The translations under genes and the position numbers were made by a program. Below, piece by piece: positions 8,150 to 15,133 of a DNA stretch of 32,000 bases. The notes under the pieces are model-generated. The model was not told where the DNA came from, searched no databases, and saw nothing but the letters and a program-made list of their open reading frames with translations. Numbering within the stretch: the stretch's first letter is position 1; the number at the start of each line of letters is the position of its first letter. This stretch comes from Geotalea daltonii FRC-32 (GTDB taxonomy: Bacteria; Desulfobacterota; Desulfuromonadia; Geobacterales; Geobacteraceae). The stretch spans positions 3,120,001-3,152,000 of the forward strand of contig NC_011979.1 in the NCBI RefSeq assembly GCF_000022265.1, in the 5' to 3' direction.

Positions 8150-10876
8150 TTAAGCAACCTCATCCAATAGTTGATGGGTAAGGTCGATAAGTTCTTCGAT
8201 GTCTTGCGAGGGAAATAGTGATTCAACGCGGCCAACGCGCGAAAGCGGCGGCTCACTGAGCGCTGCTCTTGTGATACGGCCATGGCGGAGTACCGCTGCT
8301 TTGACGGCCCGTAGAAAGTTCAGTTGGTTAGCCCGCAGATAGCCATGCTCGGCAATAAATGCTTCAAATGCAGCATTAATGCGTTCTTCGCGGTTCGGCA
8401 GATGGGCGCCTTCACAAAGAATGTGACGGAGACAATCTGTAAGGGAGGCGGTAGGGGTTTCGAATGCTTTACGAAGAGTCTCTTCTGTTACAAACAAGTC
8501 TGCTTGGTTCAGCGTTTGGCTAATACCCTCCAGTTCCTCATCTGACAGGAATTCGCCCTGTTTGAGTTTAGCTAGCTCTGGAAGCTGCTCGGCAAGACGA
8601 TGTACCAGCGCCTCGACCTGTTCACGATAACTTTCGGCAAAGGCCCCTTCTCCAGTAGGTCCGTAAATAATCCAGCTGCGCTGTGTAATGCTATCAGGCA
8701 AGTTGATTTCTATGGTCTGCCCCGGTGTGGAAGTTCGGTAGCGCATTAATGGAGCGAATGTTGTTTGTAATGAAATTAGACGGGGCATGTCCAAGTGCTG
8801 CCAGAAACCTATTGAACAGACCCAGGCACGCTGCTCAGCAACACGCTGTACGTCGGGGATGTTATCGGCCAGACTGGTAATAGTTTCTTGAATGCGTTCT
8901 CTGATTTTCGCTTGCTCCCCGTCGTCTCCTTTAAGCCAGGCAACGGTTAGGCGTTCGCACCAAACGCAAAATTGAAGCTCATCTAAACCCGCTAAGGGTG
9001 CAAGACGCATCAATGGAGCAATTGATTTAGAGAAATGATCCAACATGCTTTGACTCGGCGCAGGCCATTGCTGCGCCAGTGCATCAAGCTCGTCCCAATG
9101 CGGGCGGACATTTATGCTTTGCCTGGGCAAGGATTGCAGCATGGTGAGCAACTCGTCGATAGCAGGTTGGGTGTCTTGTTGCTGGGCGTGTAGTAGTTGC
9201 CATTTTTCGAGCCGCAATCGAAACAGACGAACGGGCAACGGTTCGCTGGGGTGGTCAATCTCACCATCAGGTTTGAGTTTGAAGTAGGCGAAGTTTTTCC
9301 AGTGGTCTATGATTAGGAAGTCCTTCTTGATTTCCCCCGTTGCCTTGTCGGCATGTAGTCGCGTGCCGCGCCCGATCATTTGCCAGAACTTGACCTTGCT
9401 GAATACCGGCTTGGCAAAAACCAGATTCTGGATTGCAGGAATATCGACACCGGTATCAAGCATGTCGACTGAGATTGCGACTCGCGGCATACTTTTGAAT
9501 TTGAAATCATCTAGCGTTGCATCTGCCCGTTCCATGTGGCTGTCGATCATTTCAGCCATCCCTTGGCGTTGCAGCTCGGGATAGAGGCGGTTGAAACTTT
9601 CATAGAGGCGCTTTGCATGGGCGTGGCTGACTGCAAAGATGATTGACTTGTGGGGTAAACCACGTATGTCTTTACGGCTCTTATCCATGAACTCTCGCAC
9701 CATGGCGTCGTTGGTGGCTTGGTTAATGATGCTTTTTTCGATGTCACTTCCCTCGAAGTTTAGCTCGTCCAGCTCCACCCCTTGATCACGGGCCATTTGC
9801 TTCAGAGGCTCCGGCAGAGTATCACCCTGAATACCTCTAAGCTGAAAGTTGGTTTGCGCATCCAGCACACGATAGTTCACCAGGTTATTATCGGCGATGG
9901 CCTGTTCGTAGCTGTAGTAATAGCTAGGTGTACCGTCGCCACAATCGAACAACGCGAAGGTGTTGTGATCAATATAGTCGGTAGGAGTCGCAGTAAGGCC
10001 AAGCTGGATTGCATCGAAATGGTCAAATATAGCCTTATAGCGCTGATAGATGGAGCGGTGACTTTCATCGGCAATTATCAAGTCATAGTACCCTACGGAT
10101 AGGCGTGAATAGACCTGCATCATGCTGGGATAAGTGGCAAATTGGATGCGCGCACCAGAAGTCTCTCCACCTTCGATTCGAGCAAGACTCTCGTTCGGCA
10201 GATGGGATTTGAACTCTGCCATCGCCTGACGAACCAACTCTCTGCGGTCAGCAAGAAATAGAACACGTTGCACACGCTTTGCACGCAGTAATGTGTCCAC
10301 CAGTGCAATAGTAGTCCTGGTCTTACCAGTTCCGGTTGCCATCACCAACAGAAACTTGCGCTTGGCAGCATCCACACCTTCTGTTACACGGCGGATAGCT
10401 TCGTTCTGATAGTCGCGGCCGGCAATAGTCGGACTGATCGTTATGTCATGAAGCGGCTGTGCGTATTTACGCTGATGTTGGAGGCGTTCAAGGTCATCAC
10501 GGGTATAGAAACCGGCAATCTTTCTGGGAGGGTATCGATCACGATCCCAGAAATGAATTTCTTTGCCATTGGTTAGGAATATGAATGGGTCATGGCTAAA
10601 TTGGCTTTTGATTTGGTCGGCGTAATCAGCGGCCTGCCTCTTGCCGGCAAGTGCATCACGGCCAGTCCGTTTCGCTTCGACAATCGCTATTGGCTTACCG
10701 TCCCTGCCAAGCAAAGCATAGTCAGCAAAGCCGTGCTGTCCATGCCATTTCGGGTCATCCTCAGCGACACGAATTAAAAATTCTTCCACCACAGCACGCG
10801 ACTTAACACCCCAGCCAGCTCTGGCAAGCTGCTGGTCAATCATCTCTTGGCGGGTTTGGGATTCATTACGTGTCAT
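8150..10876 (-). CDS. hsdR: Type I restriction enzyme R subunit HsdR (EcoEI/type IB-like C-terminus)
   Basis: The N-terminus is SQTRQEMIDQQLARAGW, followed by a PD-(D/E)xK-like FADYALL...IAIVEAKR. Helicase motifs are MATGTGKTRT and IIADESHRS (DEAH). The C-terminal NQLNFLRAVKAAVLRHG resembles the EcoEI R C-terminal domain. It lies 18 nt upstream of hsdM. Confidence 0.93.
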   Translation of the reverse strand: MTRNESQTRQEMIDQQLARAGWGVKSRAVVEEFLIRVAEDDPKWHGQHGFADYALLGRDGKPIAIVEAKRTGRDALAGKRQAADYADQIKSQFSHDPFIFLTNGKEIHFWDRDRYPPRKIAGFYTRDDLERLQHQRKYAQPLHDITISPTIAGRDYQNEAIRRVTEGVDAAKRKFLLVMATGTGKTRTTIALVDTLLRAKRVQRVLFLADRRELVRQAMAEFKSHLPNESLARIEGGETSGARIQFATYPSMMQVYSRLSVGYYDLIIADESHRSIYQRYKAIFDHFDAIQLGLTATPTDYIDHNTFALFDCGDGTPSYYYSYEQAIADNNLVNYRVLDAQTNFQLRGIQGDTLPEPLKQMARDQGVELDELNFEGSDIEKSIINQATNDAMVREFMDKSRKDIRGLPHKSIIFAVSHAHAKRLYESFNRLYPELQRQGMAEMIDSHMERADATLDDFKFKSMPRVAISVDMLDTGVDIPAIQNLVFAKPVFSKVKFWQMIGRGTRLHADKATGEIKKDFLIIDHWKNFAYFKLKPDGEIDHPSEPLPVRLFRLRLEKWQLLHAQQQDTQPAIDELLTMLQSLPRQSINVRPHWDELDALAQQWPAPSQSMLDHFSKSIAPLMRLAPLAGLDELQFCVWCERLTVAWLKGDDGEQAKIRERIQETITSLADNIPDVQRVAEQRAWVCSIGFWQHLDMPRLISLQTTFAPLMRYRTSTPGQTIEINLPDSITQRSWIIYGPTGEGAFAESYREQVEALVHRLAEQLPELAKLKQGEFLSDEELEGISQTLNQADLFVTEETLRKAFETPTASLTDCLRHILCEGAHLPNREERINAAFEAFIAEHGYLRANQLNFLRAVKAAVLRHGRITRAALSEPPLSRVGRVESLFPSQDIEELIDLTHQLLDEVA

Positions 10877-10918
10877 AAGCCATCCCTGCCTAGCATAAAA
10901 CTCAATCTATTAACACTT

Positions 10919-11440
10919 TCATTCAACATCTATTGCCACTATGTGACGACATCCTGGATACATTGAACACGCCCAGAATAACTTCCCCGCGTGCGCCCCA
11001 TTCTTTGCCTGCCGCTTAACCATAATAGCTTCACATTTCGGACACACAGGCACAGCAACTTCAGCTTGTACAGAGGCTCGTTCAGTGACTGCTATAGGCA
11101 CAGGTTGCACAGGAGCAAGCTCGACTTTAGCCTGGCCAGGCGCAGTTGACTGAGGCGTAAGTTTAAACACCTCCGCTAGCTTTGCCCGAACCTCCTGCAC
11201 CACATATCCCTTCTTTGCCGGGAAATGAACAACTGGAATCTTCGCACCGGCCAAGGCTTGATCAAGGAAGGCATCCCGCCCTGCCCTATCCTCACGCCCA
11301 TGGGACTGGTCATCCAGTTCCACCACCCCAATTACAGCAAGATCTGCAGCCGAACAAATGACAAAGTCCACATGCTTCTGATTGATCTTGTTCATCGCTG
11401 TAGTGGCCTTGCTCTTTGACAGCCCCTTAGCAGGCTTCAC
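10919..11440 (-). CDS. DUF2726 (nuclease-related) protein with a C-terminal topoisomerase-type C4 zinc ribbon; true 5' end lies upstream (frame open to 11635) but has no canonical start
   Basis: DUF2726-like core: VDFVICSAADLAVIGVVELDDQSHGREDRAGRDAFLDQALAGAKIPVVHF. Zn ribbon: CPKCEAIMVKR...FWACSMYPGCRH. The same frame upstream reads ...VFLVIIGVLAALKAKKPSSTERLAFAAKEPLLTPAERSFFGVLEQALDGTYRVFVKVRLGDLV, a TM anchor plus the start of the domain. There is no ATG/GTG/TTG between the stop at 11638..11636 and the GTG at 11440. Confidence 0.7.
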   Translation of the reverse strand: MKPAKGLSKSKATTAMNKINQKHVDFVICSAADLAVIGVVELDDQSHGREDRAGRDAFLDQALAGAKIPVVHFPAKKGYVVQEVRAKLAEVFKLTPQSTAPGQAKVELAPVQPVPIAVTERASVQAEVAVPVCPKCEAIMVKRQAKNGAHAGKLFWACSMYPGCRHIVAIDVE

Positions 11441-11696
11441 CAGATCACCCAGTCGGACCTTTACAAAAACCCGGTACGTTCCATCAAGGGCCTGCTCCAG
11501 TACGCCGAAAAAGGAACGTTCAGCGGGCGTTAATAGCGGCTCTTTTGCAGCAAAAGCAAGCCTCTCAGTACTTGAAGGCTTTTTCGCCTTCAGAGCAGCA
11601 AGGACTCCAATAATAACAAGGAAAACGGATTCGTGTCAGGCTTGCAAGATTGCAAGTTGGAAGAGTGCATGGCCCTCGGGGTTGGCCGGGGTTTCG

Positions 11697-12527
11697 CTAT
11701 CTTGACCAATCGATCAGGCGCTCTCCCGTCTTTACCCATGCATCCCCCGGCATCAATGGTGCTAACGACTCCAACACGTACTGCGCCGCAGCCCGGTGGT
11801 TCCAATTTGTCCCGGTCGTCAGCAATGGAGCCATGTCATCGAGAAAGCGCCGATCACTCAGCTTCTCGAACAGGTTCATCTCAAACTCGGCCCGTGATAC
11901 CGGATGCCCTTCGTGCTCCAGATACTTTACGAAGCATGACACCACGGCCTCTGGGCTGACGTTAAGGGCTGATGCAGCATGCCAGAGGTCGAACAAGTCT
12001 CGACCTTTCTTCCGCTGATAAAGCGCACGAAGCTTGGTTCCAAGCAGTTCATCAATCCCATAGGTAGAGATTGAAGCAGTGCCGCTGTGCCAGCGGGAGA
12101 CCATCTGGAACTGAAGTTTCTGGTAGCCTAAGAAGGTGAAGTGCTCACGGGAGTTGATCTCCACCTTCAGTCTTAGCGGCAAGCCTTCCTCAGAATCCAC
12201 CCGCCAAATCAACGTCACCCGGCCTTCAGACTGCTTCCGCTTCGGAACTCCCAGCCATATATTCAACTTTTCCTGCACCGCATCCATGATAGGCCCGATT
12301 GGACCGGCCTTAATCTGCACCAGATCAATATCCTCAGAATACCGTGCTGGCGGCAGGTGCAATTTAAATAGTGCGGTGCCGCCACGGAAGGCCAGATTTT
12401 CAGCGAGAAGCGGATGGCTGTACAGCTCAACAAGAGCCCGAGAGATTATCAAATCCTGCTCGACCTGGGAAAGCTGCGGCCATGGAGCATGGGTCCGCCA
12501 TGCGGTGATGTAGTCGAGAGGGATCAT
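11697..12527 (-). CDS. abiEii: AbiEii/AbiGii family nucleotidyltransferase toxin (type IV TA / abortive infection)
   Basis: The N-terminus is IISRALVELYSHPLLAENLAFRGGTALFKLHLPPARYSEDIDLV, typical of DUF1814/AbiEii. The start overlaps the upstream gene's stop (ATGA, 12524..12527). Confidence 0.85.
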   Translation of the reverse strand: MIPLDYITAWRTHAPWPQLSQVEQDLIISRALVELYSHPLLAENLAFRGGTALFKLHLPPARYSEDIDLVQIKAGPIGPIMDAVQEKLNIWLGVPKRKQSEGRVTLIWRVDSEEGLPLRLKVEINSREHFTFLGYQKLQFQMVSRWHSGTASISTYGIDELLGTKLRALYQRKKGRDLFDLWHAASALNVSPEAVVSCFVKYLEHEGHPVSRAEFEMNLFEKLSDRRFLDDMAPLLTTGTNWNHRAAAQYVLESLAPLMPGDAWVKTGERLIDWSR

Positions 12528-13306
12528 AGTTCCGGCTCTACCTTTTCATTCGGTAACAACCGCCAACGGGACTCTTGCCGTATATTTTTTGAAGGTTGCG
12601 ACGGAGAGAGCGGCACCGGCACCGCATCCTTTTGAGTTATATATTCTGCCAGGCCTTTAGCCAGCTCGCGCTCGCCCACCAATTCCAACAGGTAGCCCAG
12701 ACGTTGAGACCACGATATGGGAGAAAGATCAGCAATGGAGACAAGTTTTGCAGGGTCCATTTTCTCGGCCAGTTCGGACAGGACCGTAGCAACATTGTCC
12801 AATCCCCCCGCATGGTGCGGGTATCCGGCAAGATCAAAAGCGGTAACTTCCGGAGTGGAAACCCTTAGATACCCTCGGGGGGTTTTGAAATCCTGGGTAG
12901 GCATGCCAGCGACATTTTTCCGTCCGATAAAATCGACCCGAACGCCGCCGCAGGTAATTCCCGTCCTGGTGCGCGGCACTATAACTTGAAAGGATTGAGG
13001 GCGATGATGGGCAGCACCGTGATGTTCGGCAGCGGTGAGAAGTCCGGCATAATACAGCTCACCAAGATGAGACATCAGTGCCGGGATGAATTGGTTGGCG
13101 GGAAGACAGCCAAGTTTTCGATGTTCCGGGGTAACGATCACGTAGAACCCTCGAAACGGCATGGCTATTTCTCCCTTATGCCGTGCGCGGCGTAAGGCAG
13201 CACGGGTCGCGATGACGTTAGAGCCTAAAAATTGAGAGGCTTCCACGCCACTGAAGCAGTATATTCCCTGTGCGAGCAAGTGGTCAAGATACTGAGCAAT
13301 AGCCAT
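12524..13306 (-). CDS. abiEi: AbiEi family antitoxin/transcriptional regulator (type IV TA)
   Basis: It sits immediately upstream of abiEii and overlaps it. It has an N-terminal wHTH-like region and the size and layout of AbiEi. The ORF track starts at TTG 13324, but the ATG at 13306 (MAIAQYLDHLL...) is more plausible. Confidence 0.8.
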   Translation of the reverse strand: MAIAQYLDHLLAQGIYCFSGVEASQFLGSNVIATRAALRRARHKGEIAMPFRGFYVIVTPEHRKLGCLPANQFIPALMSHLGELYYAGLLTAAEHHGAAHHRPQSFQVIVPRTRTGITCGGVRVDFIGRKNVAGMPTQDFKTPRGYLRVSTPEVTAFDLAGYPHHAGGLDNVATVLSELAEKMDPAKLVSIADLSPISWSQRLGYLLELVGERELAKGLAEYITQKDAVPVPLSPSQPSKNIRQESRWRLLPNEKVEPEL

Positions 13307-13333
13307 GATGCTTAAATACAGCAAACAAACAAG

Positions 13334-13383
13334 AAAAGCAACGAAATTTGTTGCTTTTCAAAATTGAGTAATTGGCGCTCAAT
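13334..13383. promoter_or_regulatory. Two inverted repeats in the abiEi upstream region (candidate AbiEi operator / 5' hairpin)
   Basis: AAAAGCAAC-GAAATTT-GTTGCTTTT (13334..13358) has a 9-bp perfect stem. ATTGAG-N9-CTCAAT lies at 13363..13383. They sit 28-77 bp upstream of the abiEi ATG. Confidence 0.25.
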
Positions 13384-13494
13384 GCCTCCCCACTAGAATT
13401 ATTCGAAGGCCCACGCCGTGTACCAACTGGTGGCTTGAGTTATGGTTTCATCTTCAACCGACGCTTGGCTATCTTTCCCTGGCTATATTTGAAC

Positions 13495-13573
13495 GTCAAT
13501 ACTATCAACAACAAGAGGCTGCATGAGTCAATTGGTGTCCACTATTGACGACCGACTCACCCCGGATGTCAAT
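13495..13573. repeat. Four copies of GTCAAT(A) / ATTGAC in 79 bp between abiEi and the ssrA terminator
   Basis: GTCAATAC at 13495, GTCAATTG at 13527, inverted (C)TATTGAC at 13543..13549, GTCAATAT at 13568. Copies 2 and 3 form GTCAAT-N11-ATTGAC. Confidence 0.5.
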
Positions 13574-13608
13574 ATACTTTTCAGGACGATAATGGACGAT
13601 AGATGAAC

Positions 13609-13637
13609 AAAAAGCCCTGATTTCTCAGGGCTTTTTT
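13609..13637 (-). terminator. Rho-independent (bidirectional) terminator downstream of ssrA
   Basis: Stem GCCCTGA/TCAGGGC (13614..13620 and 13625..13631) with a 4-nt loop, flanked by an A5 run on one side and a T6 run on the other. A second small hairpin TCCGGT-CCTT-ACCGGA (13645..13660) lies just 3' of the tmRNA CCA. Confidence 0.7.
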
Positions 13638-13668
13638 GTACTGCTCCGGTCCTTACCGGACCTTTAAT

Positions 13669-14021
13669 TGGTGGAGGTGGCGGGAATCGAACCCGCGTCC
13701 GAAGATCGTACACGAAAGGCGTCTACATGCTTATACCAGTTTTTGTTTTAGCCCCCGAGAACTCCACTGGCCGGGATTTGTCAGGTTCGATCCTGCTTTA
13801 ATTTCGCTTCGGGACCACAGGCACTTCCCTCGGCTATCCCACTGAAATGACGATCTATCCTGCCCCATGGGAGAGGGAAGGTAGATCGTTAGCAGGTTAT
13901 TAAGCTGCTAAAGCGTAATCGTAATTATCGGCGCTTAATGCGTCCCGGATTGTTTTACGAGCCACCCGGACCTCGGCATGCAACCTTTGCTTATTACCCC
14001 CGTCGAAACCTTTACACCCCC
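13669..14021 (-). ncRNA. ssrA: tmRNA (SsrA), 353 nt, standard one-piece
   Basis: 5' end is GGGGGUGUAAAGGUUUCGACGGGGG. 3' end is ...GGACGCGGGUUCGAUUCCCGCCACCUCCACCA. The acceptor stem has the G3:U pair. The predicted tag reading frame GCC GAU AAU UAC GAU UAC GCU UUA GCA GCU UAA UAA (13932..13900) encodes ADNYDYALAA. It is adjacent to smpB. Confidence 0.95.
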
Positions 14022-14032
14022 TTGAAAAAGTT

Positions 14033-14100
14033 CTAGGTTCGAAGTTCTATGTTCTGGGTTAAGGCTGAAAACCTCGAACTTCGAACCTCGAACTTCGAAC
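14033..14100. repeat. TTCGAA-rich tandem plus inverted repeat between the smpB stop and the ssrA 5' end
   Basis: A 14-nt unit CCTCGAACTTCGAA is repeated perfectly in tandem (14072..14085 and 14086..14099). GGTTCGAAGTTC (14036..14047) is the perfect reverse complement of GAACTTCGAACC (14076..14087). In the minus-strand RNA a T5 run follows the 3' arm. Confidence 0.6.
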
Positions 14101-14103
14101 GGG

Positions 14104-14559
14104 TTATCTGTTCCGTTCTTTAAGCGCTACTGCCACATCGCGGCGCATATCTTTTTTCTTCATGTCCTCTCGTTTGTCATAGAGCTTCTTGCCTTTGGCC
14201 ATACCCAGCTCTACCTTTACCAGGCCGGTTTTGAAGTACAGCCGAAGAGGGACCACCGAATAGCCCTGTTCCCTGATCTTGCCGAAAAGCTTGCCTATTT
14301 CCTTTTTGTGGAGAAGCAGCTTGCGCATCCGGTCCGGATCATGATTTTCCCGGTTGCCGAAATCGTATGGAGAGATATGCAGGTTATGCAGAAATGCTTC
14401 GCCATTCTTGATCAGGGCAAAGGAATCATTGAGGTTGGCTTTGCCATTTCGCAGGGATTTAACTTCGGTTCCCTTGAGTACCATGCCAGCCTCGAATTTT
14501 TCCTCGATGAAATAATCGTGATAGGCTTTTTTATTGTTACAGATCAACTTTTCAGACAT
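14104..14559 (-). CDS. smpB: SsrA-binding protein SmpB
   Basis: Full-length match to the SmpB pattern ([28 protein letters not shown]...LLLHKKEI...VPLRLYF), with a basic C-terminal tail. It is next to ssrA. Confidence 0.97.
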   Translation of the reverse strand: MSEKLICNNKKAYHDYFIEEKFEAGMVLKGTEVKSLRNGKANLNDSFALIKNGEAFLHNLHISPYDFGNRENHDPDRMRKLLLHKKEIGKLFGKIREQGYSVVPLRLYFKTGLVKVELGMAKGKKLYDKREDMKKKDMRRDVAVALKERNR

Positions 14560-14609
14560 GAAGCTATGGTAGCAAATCCAGCAAATAGTGCAAGGAAAAA
14601 GGACAGAAT

Positions 14610-15122
14610 TTATCTTCTTTGGGTTTTAACCACCGTCAGCCATTCAGAGAGCTCGCGCATCCGTTTCCCATTGATACCTGGCACCAGCAGCAGGTCTTCA
14701 ACTGAAGTAAACGGCCTGTTCTTGCGGAAATTTATGATTGAACGCGCTTCCCCGGCGGACATGCCGGGAAGTCCAAGCAGAACCGGTTTGGTAATAGTGT
14801 TGAGATCAATGCGGACCTGCAGGTTGTTCTCTCCCGTCAGTGTCAGATGGCCTTTTATTGTTTCAAAAACCCGCGGTTTAATACCTTTTACTGAGGTGAT
14901 GTCCTTAATGGCTGAAAAACGGCCCAGTTGTTCTCTTTCCTTGATTATGTGAAAACCTATAACGTTACCTATGCCCGGCAGTCTTGCAAAATCCGCTGCG
15001 GACGCCGTATTGATGTTAAGCTTTCCTTGGTAGGTGCGCAAGACTTTGGCCGATGCAACATGAGTAAATGACAAAACAACAAGGACAATAAGGGCTGACA
15101 TCAGGCTGCGATAACATGACAT
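14610..15122 (-). CDS. ComEA-like helix-hairpin-helix DNA-binding protein (two HhH modules, signal peptide)
   Basis: Two HhH modules: [26 protein letters not shown] and [26 protein letters not shown]. The ATG at 15122 ([25 protein letters not shown]) has GAGAGG 7 nt upstream. I prefer it over the track's TTG at 15137. Confidence 0.7.
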   Translation of the reverse strand: MSCYRSLMSALIVLVVLSFTHVASAKVLRTYQGKLNINTASAADFARLPGIGNVIGFHIIKEREQLGRFSAIKDITSVKGIKPRVFETIKGHLTLTGENNLQVRIDLNTITKPVLLGLPGMSAGEARSIINFRKNRPFTSVEDLLLVPGINGKRMRELSEWLTVVKTQRR

Positions 15123-15133
15123 AACATTGCCTC

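Larger units (their letters stand above)
1..13668. mobile_element. Genomic (defence) island flanking the 3' end of ssrA; partial, left boundary outside the window
   Basis: Gene content switches at the tmRNA 3' end from housekeeping genes to R-M, Abi and nuclease genes. tmRNA 3' ends are classical island integration sites. No integrase or direct repeat of the ssrA 3' end was found by eye in the window. Confidence 0.5.

Noticed and set aside
9940-9960. An 8-mer, aatcgaac, shared with the tmRNA T-arm region, lying inside hsdR.
   Set aside because: It is a single short match inside a well-supported coding frame and is compatible with chance.
11590-12018. Small ORFs 11590..11805 (-), 11633..11959 (+) and 11650..12018 (+).
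   Set aside because: They overlap abiEii in other frames or strands and have Pro/Arg/Ser-rich translations. Only the first 16 codons after the ATG at 11670 are considered further, as a possible displaced start of the DUF2726 gene.
13391-13435. Possible degenerate copy of the ssrA 3' end (...gaattattcgaaggcccacgccgtgtaccaactggtgg...) that could mark an att site.
   Set aside because: Only scattered short matches (gaat, cgaa, gtac, tggtgg) to TGGTGGAGGTGGCGGGAATCGAACCCGCG. There is no contiguous block of 10 nt or more and the order is inconsistent. A proper alignment is needed before calling it.
13528-13845. ORFs 13528..13713 (-) and 13636..13845 (+).
   Set aside because: They overlap the tmRNA gene and its terminator. 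The RNA-gene evidence (acceptor stem, T-arm, tag frame) explains this sequence.
14308-14952. 214-aa plus-strand ORF. Similar long antisense ORFs occur at 18249..18845, 24672..25388, 27086..27607 and 6030..6464.
   Set aside because: Each lies entirely antisense to a gene with unmistakable family motifs (smpB/ComEA-like, MCP, maeB, TPR protein, hsdM). Their translations are low-complexity (Ser/Pro/Arg-rich), as expected for shadow ORFs.
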